The notes under the pieces were generated by a model that had not been told where the DNA came from, searched no databases, and saw nothing but the letters and a program-made list of their open reading frames with translations. From NCBI GenBank assembly GCA_004764695.1, contig SMSO01000025.1:2542001-2606000 (forward strand): DNA of 64,000 nt, given 5' to 3'. Origin of the DNA: Schizochytrium sp. TIO01 (lineage: Eukaryota; Protista; Bigyra: Labyrinthulomycetes). The translations under genes and the position numbers were made by a program. Positions 42,701-53,847 of the stretch are shown piece after piece (position 1 is the first letter of the stretch; each line of letters starts with the position of its first letter).

Positions 42701-44666
42701 GAAGGGGGAAAAGCAAGCCAGACTCGCTTGAAACGAAGGAGCCAGGAAAGCACCATCGTTACTTGCTTGTTTATTCGCTTTTGGCTATTTGCTTGAGGCT
42801 GCGTGGTTGGCGCCTCAGAACACACCAAGTGCAGCGATCACGAGGAGGTTTCTCGTGGCTGCAGGCACCGATGAATCTGCGAATCCATCAATCGAAAGCC
42901 GGCTGTTTAGATCCACATTTGATATCGCTGCTGCGATCGCTGACAAGAAAGATTGCGATTTCATAACTCTTTTTGTTCTTTTTTCTCTTATTCTCTGTAA
43001 AAAAAATAATATTTCTTTTAATTTCTTTTAAACTTTAAAACAATAAATTTAGAAAAAGATAGACAAATAAAGGCTATCTCTTCTTCTGCTAAATATGAAG
43101 AAAGAGCAAAGCAACTAACAACGAAAAACGTGAAGATCAAGGCCCAAACTCTGATGTTTTGATGCTGTAGACGCAACCCACGCGAGAATCTGTGACAGCC
43201 ATTGCTGCGTTCTCAAAGCTCCACCTCTTCTCGAGAAACTCCAGCCTCAAGTCGGAGTCTTGGCCTCTAAAATGAACATACAGCTAGCTGCTTGCTGGCT
43301 AAGGCGTGCTCATTGCATTGTCTCTTTCTTTCTGTGGCGCGTGGCGGTGCGAATCCTCTCAAAATCCAATGCTCAGGCTTTTCATAGCACAGTCAGCGCT
43401 TTCGATGTGCCTGTGATCAGCATTCATTATCACCAGACTGATTGCTGGCTCCAAGATAGTTTGGGGTTGCGTGTATGAATGAATGAAACTCGTTCGCAAG
43501 TTTGTAGTATGAAGAGCCACGTATCTGAGTTCTGGTTTGCGCGAGCGTCTTTAAAGAAGCGCACGTTTGGAGGCATCTTTGGCGCCTATGACTAATATGT
43601 GGAGTACAGATCGCGAAGAGAACTTCATTCAGAATGCATCTGGCTCGAGCATTTTGTTCAGGGTTGTTGCATTCATAACCAAGGCCAAATAGCACAGGGT
43701 GGGCGTGGGCGAGGACACGCATCACTCGCTCCCTGGCGCTTGGCGAGCGGCTTTCGACCTTTGTTTGTGTCGAACCACATCAATCATTCGGACAAGCTTT
43801 TGATGATGCTTTTGCAAGATCATGAACCTTAGCAAAAGATTGTTTTTTTATTTTTATTTTAATAAATTTTAATTTATAATTATTAAAAAGAAAAGAAAAA
43901 AGAGTTGCCTTTTTAAAGAAGAAGAAGAACAGCGAAAAGTGAGTGAGGCTGTAGCTCCTATGAACCCTTAAGTGCCCCTTAGAGGCTATCTTTCTAGGCT
44001 CGCTTAGCTTTCAGGTAAGGTAGCGACGTATTAGGCAGTTAGTTAACCAAATACCCATCGTCAGTTGAAGATCCCGCTTCTCTCAGCTGTCTATGTATCC
44101 ATCTGTCTTTGTACCTGTATCATCTTTGTACTTTGTACAGAGACCAATCTATGAGTCGATGTATCTGTCTGTGTATGTATCTTAATGCATTTGCTGTCCC
44201 GTTTACCGCCAAGACAAGCAAAGCAAAACCATCGAGGAGAGATGAGCCCTGTTCTTTCTACGTTACTACATCTTCGATTGTTTTCTGTTTTGTCTTCCAA
44301 TCTATATTGAAAGTTTTATGAAGATGCTCTGTATACGGCCCATAGGGACTTCTATGGACCAGATCGATGTGGGATACAGAAACAATGCAATCAATACCTA
44401 CAATATGATAGATAGTATGTTGGATTGAGAGATGAAAAGTTCTTACATTTTGTTTGTTTGTTTGATTAATTGAAACAAAGAAAAGAGGCAAAAGGAAAAA
44501 AGGAAAAGATTGATCCTTAAACACTTTCGGCAGCAGAGCTAATTATAGGAGTTCCTATAGGAACTATTAAAAAAGAAAAAGAGGTGAAAACATGTTTAAA
44601 TAATTTTGTTTAATTAAAAAAATGAGCAATAAGGTAATGAGGCGATGAAAGCCATTTGAAAAGAGA

Positions 44667-44693
44667 GAAAGAAAGAAAGAAAGAAAGAAAGAA
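44667..44693. repeat. (GAAA)n microsatellite
   Basis: Directly visible run of GAAA repeats. Confidence 0.85.
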
Positions 44694-45403
44694 GAAGTGA
44701 CTTTCGAACAGAGTGAGGAGGACAGGAGGCAGAAGGCAAAGGCCGCATCGCATCGCATCCTTCGCACGGTCGGCGAGCTCGCCGGAGTGCGCCCTCCGGA
44801 CGAGCCCGGGGGATTCCTTGCATCCCTGCTTGGTCAGGAAGAGTCTGTTAGCTGGGCGTGCAACCCACGACCCTCGTGGAACCGCTCGAGCTTGGCGCAT
44901 CACGGGCGGCACCAAGCTTGATCGAATCAGCTAGCCTAGCTAGTAGAGACCAACTAAGAAGATAGCAATTGCCAGAGCTTGTTAGCGACCTCGAGCGCGA
45001 GATCTGCTGTACCCAATAACTCTTTGGACCTAGTTTAGTGGTCTTTGGACTCACGTCAATATTCTTTCAGTGTCCAACTCTATCTGCGGTCTGGGGCTGT
45101 ACATCACCCTGGAGATTGGCTCTGGGAGCGAGCCGACCACTTGTGGACGCGCCAGGGGCCGCTCGGACCGCATAAAATATCTGCTCTCAGATTCTGAACA
45201 ATAAGGTCGCGCCTGCGTTTAGCTGAACGCCGCTCTACCCTTCAGCCTTTTGCTTATTTAATCATTCGTGTCTGATAGTATAGACTGAGAAGTACTCTAC
45301 CTCTGTTGTATTTGAGTTGGGTTCCTCAGATCTTACGCACTTGGACTGCATCAACATCTTGCATTTTGCTCAAGAAGGGAAGATTTTTTGATAGATTAGC
45401 AAA

Positions 45404-48400
45404 ATGGGCGGCAGAAATTCCCGGTACGCGGGTTCGTTTCATCAACGCCCAAGTCGACACGCATGGAGCAAAATCCAAGATGTGAACTATGACGACGAAG
45501 TTGAGGAAAACAGCGATGATGATTACGCATGGGACGTAGATCGGCGCGTTCTAGACGAGGAGGCGGATTGGCCACGTATGTGTCCGCTTATTCACTTGAA
45601 TATCCAAAAGGATTTTCCACTCGAGAAACAACGATCTCTCGTCCGTGCCATGTATAGATTTTGGCAAATGAGCTTCGTCTCTTTACTAGTCAACTTCGTC
45701 GGCACAATGGCCACTCTTCTCACATCAAATGTGACAAACCCGTCAACCATGTCAACGAGCTTCATTATTGCAATCATTTATTTGTTTGCTGAGTTTGCTC
45801 TGGTTTTCCGCCCAGCGTAAGTTGTAATGTTTTGTAAAATGCTTCCCCAATCGATTAAAATGCCATGGTTACGAAGTCTAGCTAGCTTAGAATTCTGTAT
45901 TATATTATGCTATGGAACCAAATCAAATAGAGATGAGCAGCTCGAGCTAACTTTCCTCGTATTCAATTTACTCACAATGGAATTTACACAAAACAACAAA
46001 TGTTGCTTTGTCAAATCCTCTTTTTTACTGACGGTGCATGAATATGGTTATACCTCTTACCTTTTCATTTTACAAAAATACAGGTACTGGGCACTGCGTC
46101 TAGAGTCGAACGTTCTCTTTATCTGGTCTTACATCATGATTGTCGCATTGTTTGCACTCTTTGGTTTTCTACTCTCCCAGGCGCTCGGCCTTGTTAGCGT
46201 TCTAGCTGAGCCTCTGTCCCCCGGAAGCAGCCTTCCGGTGAAAGTGAACCCTATCTTCCCGGTTACCATGTTTAGTATTTTTGCTGGTCTCGCCCTGGTC
46301 AATATCGTATGGCTTATTTACTTTTTCAGCCAGCTTTTCAAATTTCACACCATGAGTGACAAGAAAAAGCTTGAACTCTACAAAAAACAACGCCGGAAGC
46401 CGTGGCTTGCAAAATGGTTTGGTGGTGGCAATGAAGACGGTCTTCTTGACGATTCGGGAAGTGGTAAACCGAAAAACGTTTGGCCGTGTATTATGCAATA
46501 TGAGCAGGTGGATCGCGACGTTATCGACTCGGATGATGAAGATGATAAAAAAGGTGGCAAGAAGAAGAAGAAGAAGAAGCCTCCCTCTGAAGCACGTCAG
46601 ATGCTTACTATTCCTGGAACCTTAGCTCTTTTCACAACAGAGCGCAAGCTGACCTTTCGATCAGAAGAGGCCATCTTCAACAATCTTTTCAAGGTGACTG
46701 TCATGCTCATTAACATTAGTGCTATTAAAAAAGTAGGTGCTACGACAGTGACTATCATGGAAAACCTCAGTGAAGAAGCCTTCGAAGAAGATAGGAAGGA
46801 GTATCGTACCATGCAAGCTCGTTGCTCTTCTGTTGAACAAACCTTTCGTGAGATTAAGGTCGAGTTTGATACCGCACAAAGCCGCGACGAATGCCTTAAA
46901 AAAGTGACTTCTGCCTGGAAAGCAGTTAAGAAGAAGGAGAAGATTTATCTTGCAATGGATGAAGAGAGCCTCCGTCAGATGCGTCTTCGCATGAGTCGTC
47001 GAGCCACAGAGCGTGCCTCTCAGCACCTTTTGACTCACAAGGACTGGAAACTCATGGTCAGTCTTGTATACCGTCGCACATACAAAGCAGGTATGCTGAT
47101 TCTCTCCAAGGGTACCCACTTTCAACATCTATTCCACGTTACGGAAGGTGCGGTCACAATTTATTTGGAAACTTCGCAAGAAGCAGCCAAACGTGGCGGG
47201 GGGGTCTCTGTAATGGATGAGGATGAATTCGATTTGCAGTCAGCACTTTTCCCGGCTACTGATCAGGATCATCTCATGGACACGATTCGGGAAGACGAAA
47301 CATTAAATCAGGTGAACATGAATCGCGCCCTTAATAGCGGCCTTGATATTCATGATAATACTACTCCAGTCTACTACACAATTAAGTTTGAAAAACGAAA
47401 GCTAGGATTTTCGTACATGAAGAAAAAACGTTCGTACAATCTAGCTGATTTCGAAGATTTGTCTCAGAAACACTACCAAACTGTGATGGGACGCCGAGCC
47501 CAGTCCCGACGCACTTTTAAGAATAACTATGCAGCTGTGGTCCATAGTGTCAAGGATGGAAGTGACGCCGCTCGTAAGGGTGTGCAAGCCGGCGATGAGT
47601 TGGTCAAGGTTGGTTTTTTTGATATCGAAGAGGCCGAGCTGTCCCAGGAAGGTATCACGTCCTTCATTCGTGATAACCGCTATCCTCTCAATATGACGTT
47701 CCGTCGTCCTCCCCGTATTGATTTCCATACCGATGAAGCTGGATTTGTTACACCTGATGCGAATTTAGTTCCCACAGAGGTTCGACAGGCTATGCGTGAG
47801 CACGATCAGATAGAAGAAGACTATGGTGCTATGCCCACTGTCATGCTTGCCCCTATTCAGCCGAGCTCTCTGACCAGTTCCAGAGCATCCATAATGAGTG
47901 GTAAAATTGGTTCAGCTTCTGTGCTCAGTGGTGGCCAAGATGAGCCTCGTTTGCTGAGTGCTTCCGCTCATCCTTTTGGCACTGGGTATGACACAAGCGA
48001 TGAGGAGGATGACGAGGAGGATGACCACCTTGTGGGTCTGCAGCCAGATGATGGTGACCTTATTTCGTTTGATGATGACCCTTATATCCGTCCGAAGCAA
48101 CCTGGTTTGCCTACAGAGAGTCCACAGGAAGACTTTTCGATGCGTCCGCGTAGTGTAGCACAACAGCGGATGGCTTCACGAGCTCAGCAAGACACTAGCT
48201 TTGCTGCTTCGTCTCGTGGTCGTGGGGGGTCTACATCCGCTGCAGCGATGTCTGCAAACACTGGTGGTCCTCGCGGGGGAGTCTTTGAGATGTCCCGTCT
48301 CGATTTGGCTGAAGAATTTGCAGCTCATCAAGATGATTTCCGGACCACCACCGGTGAAGTTACCGAGTTTCAAGCACATTCTGCACCTCTCATGGAATCT

Positions 48401-50293
48401 GATCCCCGTCGTTTGTCTGATCTAAACCCCTTCACAGAAGCACAATTACGCCGCGCTGGCCACTACCCAGCACCGAAGGGGGATGGTGATGATGATGGTC
48501 TTGTAGCGGTCAGACCCTCTGGCGGTGGGCTTCTGGCTCGAGGCCGAGCCTTTCTGTTTGGCCATGCATTTACCTACGACAAGCTTGAAGAAGATGAGAT
48601 GCGTCGCCGCATGGCTCCGATTGAACCGTCCCACCCAGAGTCACTTGCAGACTCTATTTCTATTATTGTGGAGGGTGACGATGACAGGAATAGCTACACT
48701 GGCATGGCTGCCGGTGAAGACGGCGGGATGTTCATGGAAGAGGATGAGGATGAGGATATCTTTGCATCCACACAAACCTACGAACCTGTTGGACGTTATG
48801 AAAAGGGAGATACATTTGGTATTATTCCCTGGATTCTTAACCATCCGGTCTCAGTGGTGCAGCTTACCGCAAAGACCGATGTGACTTTGCATATGATCGA
48901 TGTCTCCGAGCTTTCGCGCCTGTTCCGTCGCAATCCAACTCTTGCCCTGGCATTCTTCAAATATGTCGCATCGGCAATTGGCGAACGTGCCGATCGTGAT
49001 GAAGAAGTCCTTTGTGACCAAATCTCTGATAATCTTAAAGACCGTGATGCTAAGGTGGCAACCAACAGTCAGCTGACCCGCCTGCTAGACAACAAACCAA
49101 TCCGCTCAACAAAATCCACCCATTTTGATCGCCGTGCTGAGGTCTCTCAGCATGCTCGCCGCTGGTTCCAGCAAGACTTTGACATGGAATATGACTCTGT
49201 CATCTTCGACATGCCTTGCAGAGCTCATCTCGTAGGTGACATGCACCCATCTAGTAGTTCGTGGTCGGGCCGTGCTACAAAGGTGAAACAATCTGGTGAA
49301 ACAATGACGGAAGGTACAATTTACCTTACACATTTTCATGTGTGCTTTCGTTCGAATCACCGTTCCCTCGATATTGGTGCAATGCGCCGACGGCCTGTTC
49401 TTAGTGGTAAGGTGCACATTGATGACATCTATGAGATCCGCCGTGATGGAGATGACGGCGAGGGCTTGTCTATTATCACGGATGATGTACGTCTGGACAT
49501 TGTATTTGTGGAAGCTGGTCGCGCTCAGCTTTTGGAGGATTGGATTCATAGTCTTATTGCTAGTGGCTCAGCTGTGGAAAAGGCACCGCACTCATACACC
49601 TTGCCTGGTGACTTGTATGGCTTTTCTTCTGGGGCTCCACAAGATGATCTCCCTGAAGGTGTGGAAGCGGATCCTTTGAATGTGCTCTATACTCAACAAC
49701 GAGGTTTACGTACTGAATTTCTCATTCTCACTCAAACTTTGCAGCAGGTTCTCACAAAGCAAGACCGGTTCAAACTCTTCCGTGACGGTAGTTCTGTTAT
49801 TTTACGCCGTGGACAGAGTGTGCTCACAGCTGCGCGCAATGCGTCTAGCACCCAAACATCTGAAGCCGATGACTTTTATCAGCGCCGGCCGAATATGTCG
49901 AAGAAGAATTTAAGTGATGACGGACCGAACGGACTTTACCTTGTGGGTAAGGGTGAATTGGTGCTGCAACGCGAAGTCAATGGCCGACGCATCCAATTTG
50001 CTTCGTATAAAGTGGGCACTGTGTTTGGTGTGGAGAGGTTCCTTACTGACGCCCCTTCGCCGTTTACCGTGAAGGTTGTCTCAAAGACTGCTTTACTTAA
50101 ATTTGCTCCTCGTGATCGCTGTATGGCTCTTCTTCGTGCGGACCTTGCCCTCGCTTCACGTTTTTACCAATACTGTGCTCTTTTGCAGATGCAGCGTCTT
50201 CGCGGTCCTATCATTAGCAAGCCAATTGAAATTAGCGATGATCAGCCCGTGGTTAAGACCGGTGGTGGCTCGCGAGGCTGTGCGATCCTGTAG
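45404..50293 (+). CDS. Multidomain membrane protein SCAMP - GRAM/PH - cNMP-binding-like (split by PDZ + disordered insert) - GRAM - cNMP-binding-like - CaaX; exons 45404-45816 and 46084-50293, ~1540 aa
   Basis: A GTAAGT donor at 45817, branch TACTGAC at 46026 and CAG acceptor at 46083 join two track ORFs in frame, giving LVFRPA|YWALR, which resembles the SCAMP E-peptide. Also seen: SCAMP-like DWP...IHLNIQKDFP..Q.SLV..MY..W, PDZ (KLGFSY..VHSVKDGSDAARKGVQAGDELVKV), CNB strands (HLFHVTEGAV; GDTFG; GLYLVGKGEL; GTVFG), GRAM (EGTIYLTHFHVCFRS) and C-terminal CAIL. Confidence 0.85.
45817..46083 (+). other. Spliceosomal GT-AG intron (267 nt, phase 2) inside the SCAMP domain
   Basis: GTAAGT ... TACTGAC ... 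AG-free tract ... TACAG. Removal joins ORF 45404 to the 45827-frame ORF without a frameshift. Confidence 0.85.
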
Positions 50294-50945
50294 ACAATAT
50301 ATCTTCCTCATTTCTTTTAAAGTCTAAATCACCGAGAGACAAACGATCGATCCACTTGCTAATTAACTCATTCTTTCCGAAGTCTTTCCTATTTCAAAGA
50401 TTACACCCAAAATTAGACAAGTGTTCAAAACTCTACAGTTGTTTCTAGTTATTCTCAACTCAACATTAAACCCGGAATAGGAAAACGTAAAATGCATTCT
50501 GCTTATTGTTTATCATCTTTGCACCCTTAATTCTAAGAAAATTTAATTAAAATTCATAAAGCTCTTTGTGCAAGTGAAAACTATTATGTACAATTCTGTT
50601 AGTTTTTGAATTTGTATAGACGCGCGTAATTGATGTTTCGAAAAATGAAGGAAACAAAAGAAAGCCCCCCCCCCCTCCCTGCACTCAATAGTACAAATTT
50701 CACATTTGCCTCAATGGTACAACTTAATGATAGATTGTTTCCAACGTTCTCGATCGGTCGTAGCGGAGGAAGAAATTATTTTCGTATTTTCTTTTTACAA
50801 AGCAACTAGCTAAGATCCAGTCATAGTGCAAAACACATGGATCTACTCTGCAATGTTTGTACCGAAGCAATTCTGATTATTTAAATATAAGTTGATAGTT
50901 GCTAAAGAATCGGATAGCTGAAGTAAAACTAACTCAAGTCGGCGA

Positions 50946-53234
50946 TTAAGCAAAAACAGCCACTGCAGCCAGAGCAGCTAGGATGAAAACAAACACCACG
51001 ACCTCAATTACTGATGATAACCATTCATCAAAAACACTCGAAGAAGCGGGTTGCGTTGTAGGTGCGGCCGCAGAAAATGCTGCCTCGTCGTCTTCGTCTT
51101 GCATTTCTTTAGTTTGGGTAGAGTTTTCATCAGGTTCTTGCCAGGTTGAAAAGTAGAGAGGAATGTATGCAGCAGTTCGGTAGCCTCGAGTATTGCTAAG
51201 ATGCTCATTCTCAAGTCGTAAAAGTCCCCACATTGTGCGGCGCATAACTTCTGCCATGATGAGTGATGTTGTGCTGAACACCCAAGTTGTACCTACTGTG
51301 GATCCAGGCAAGAGAGTCACTGTCCAGAGATAACGCATAAAGAAGTCAATGAGAATGAAGACATAATAAGGGAGACGAGACCCTCCCCAAAGAGAAGACA
51401 ACATCAAACGTTTTCGCAATAGTTTATGCTGCGGTCTTCCAAATCCCCAATCCATACCAACATCCCACGCAAATGTAATTAGTGAGGTGAGAGCGAAAAG
51501 CGCTACAAAAATTGCTCTGTATATCCATGGGACAGGCGAACTCCCATTACTAAGGTCTAAAAGTCCCGGTTTCATAGCTGAAAATATAACGATTGTATGG
51601 GAGAAACCATACTTCATGGCATTGGCAAGAAATGGCCACTCCTTACCTGTTGTGTAGAGACGGTTAAGATTTTGTCCGAGTCGAAGCCAAAGAGGCCAAC
51701 AAGTAATAATGGGAACTAATACTCGATTCATTACAAAGTTTTGCTGACAATGCGTTGTGCCACGAGCAAGGTTCTGTGCAAAGGAAGCCGGGCCCGCATC
51801 AATTAAACTACACGTGACAAAAGTAAAATCAACCAGAATCTTCGTTGAGCTCGTCAAGTAGTCTGCGACAAAAGCAGTTAAAAAATCTGTTTCGGAGAGT
51901 CCGAAAACGAAGATACAAGCTGTGGAAAAGGTAAACCACAGTGCACCACGGAAACCTTTCAAGCGGGCGTGTGGGACAAAGACATTCTTTGCCCACCACC
52001 CAAATGCAATAAGAACAAATCCGAATAATAGGAGCAGAGGAAACAGCCCTGCACGCTCTTCGTTATTCGGTATGCGAAGTTCCTTGACAAAAATGATGAC
52101 ATTGACGAAATAAATCGTAGATACAAGGGCTCCCCAGCGAAACATCTCGCGTGTGGCTGGGAAGGCTTGAGATGGGATAGCAAAAATGACGGGAAAGTTA
52201 ATGCGGCTTTCTCGCCATGCCGCAAGTTGGATCGCAGCGCCCCAGTAGAAAAGCAGAATTGCACCAATAGAGCGATATATTCGTAGGCCATTGCTATTTT
52301 CAAATGCCTCTGTCTGCATATCAGAGTCAAAGACCACAGCGTATAATGCCCAACAAAGCATTCCTAGTGCAAACCCACACCTCGCACCGATGAATATGAG
52401 ACTCCAATCAAGGCTTTGTCGCCGCTTCTCAAGCATAACAAATGATGCAAGCTTTATGTCCCCATTATAAAGTTCATCTGCACACACTTGAACTACTCTC
52501 TTTAGAAAGTGCTGAATGTTCAAAGCTTGGCCAAAGTCAGCTGCTTCAAGGACTTCTTCACGGAGCAGAGGGCCTAGAAGGCGGTCATTGCGAGCTTGCC
52601 AGCGCGCCTCTGCCACATCATTAACGGTAAGCAATGCCATAAGTGTACTATAGTTCCTCACTGCATACGTTGACAAGTAGTGCCCTAACCTATACACCTC
52701 CGTGAACTCTGGTCCAAACGCTTCTCTCCTCGCCGTCACTGACAATTTGCTCTCCTGACACCTTTCCTTCGCGTCTTCGAGTCTGGTCTCAATTTTCCGC
52801 AGTTCGTGGCGCACAGTTTTCGATACCATGTGAACCTCTTTTTCAAACTCTTTCACAAATTCCTCAACTTTTGGCTCCCTTGGCTTTCCATGGTAGTTTG
52901 TCACGGGCTGCTTGAGTAAGCTCGACCTTTCTAGCTCCTCCAGCTCCTCCTCGTCATAATCCAGCTCACCAGAGGCCTCTAGATCGTCAGTGCACACGCC
53001 GCAGCAGCTCAGTAAGTGCCATTTGATACGATTCAATTTAGATTTCAGATGCGAAGCGGACAAAGACCGTTCTTGATAACCTTGCTCGACGGCGATACTT
53101 CGTGCAAGATGCTCAAGATGCTCCACATCAGCGTTGTGCTTAGCGAGGACTGGGTACCCCTTCACGGCAGTCACGGCAAGAGGCAATGTCACCTCGTCTA
53201 CCATGCCGCCTTGGAAGTCAGCTCGTGGTTCCAT
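50946..53234 (-). CDS. EXS-family (XPR1/PHO1/SYG1-like) multi-pass membrane protein with a degenerate SPX-like N-terminus
   Basis: EXS motifs WRESRINFPVIF, FVADYLTS, PLWLRLGQ, FLANAMKY, FAWDVGMDWG, DFFMRYLW and EVMRRTMWGLLRLENEHLSNTRGYR. Confidence 0.9.
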   Translation of the reverse strand: MEPRADFQGGMVDEVTLPLAVTAVKGYPVLAKHNADVEHLEHLARSIAVEQGYQERSLSASHLKSKLNRIKWHLLSCCGVCTDDLEASGELDYDEEELEELERSSLLKQPVTNYHGKPREPKVEEFVKEFEKEVHMVSKTVRHELRKIETRLEDAKERCQESKLSVTARREAFGPEFTEVYRLGHYLSTYAVRNYSTLMALLTVNDVAEARWQARNDRLLGPLLREEVLEAADFGQALNIQHFLKRVVQVCADELYNGDIKLASFVMLEKRRQSLDWSLIFIGARCGFALGMLCWALYAVVFDSDMQTEAFENSNGLRIYRSIGAILLFYWGAAIQLAAWRESRINFPVIFAIPSQAFPATREMFRWGALVSTIYFVNVIIFVKELRIPNNEERAGLFPLLLLFGFVLIAFGWWAKNVFVPHARLKGFRGALWFTFSTACIFVFGLSETDFLTAFVADYLTSSTKILVDFTFVTCSLIDAGPASFAQNLARGTTHCQQNFVMNRVLVPIITCWPLWLRLGQNLNRLYTTGKEWPFLANAMKYGFSHTIVIFSAMKPGLLDLSNGSSPVPWIYRAIFVALFALTSLITFAWDVGMDWGFGRPQHKLLRKRLMLSSLWGGSRLPYYVFILIDFFMRYLWTVTLLPGSTVGTTWVFSTTSLIMAEVMRRTMWGLLRLENEHLSNTRGYRTAAYIPLYFSTWQEPDENSTQTKEMQDEDDEAAFSAAAPTTQPASSSVFDEWLSSVIEVVVFVFILAALAAVAVFA

Positions 53235-53847
53235 TATGCGAGACCAAGTTTGCCGAAGCTCCTCGCTCCGTGGCCTCGTGGTCCTAGCTTAGGTTTTGAT
53301 TTGATGTGGTTGTCAAGTCCTTCTTTTTGTCTTTCCTTCTTATTTTGTTTTTTATTATTTTGTTGGATTTTGTCAACGGAATCCCGTAGGGTCATGTCGC
53401 TCATGGCTCTTAGAGAATGCTGCAACGGAAGGTGCAGTGCAGTAAAAATGACGGACGCGCCTGAAATGGCAGGCTTTGTATCTTGAAACACCCACAAGAG
53501 AATATGTGATTAAGACTTTTCTCCAAGATGTCACAATTTGGTATCTACGAAGGAATCAGCTTATAAATCAAAGGAGCTGAAAATAATAAAAATGAAAAAA
53601 GTGCTAAAAAAGAAAAAGATACTAATTCTAATTCTAATTCTAATTCTTTCTCCTCTTTTTTTTTTTTAATAGTGAGCCTCTGAGGGAAATAAAAGGGGAA
53701 CTTCGAAGCAAATCTGGTTCTTAGGGCACTTAGCAAGTTGAGCAAACCCAAAAGCTGCGCAAGGTTCTTGCATGCGTAGGAACTCTTGAATCGAGACAAG
53801 GCTGCCGGGTGCAATATAGTTGTGGAAACAAAGCACATTTTAGGAAA

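Noticed and set aside
45827-46083. N-terminal 86 aa of the 1488-aa track ORF
   Set aside because: Lies inside the inferred intron; the real N-terminus comes from the exon starting at 45404.
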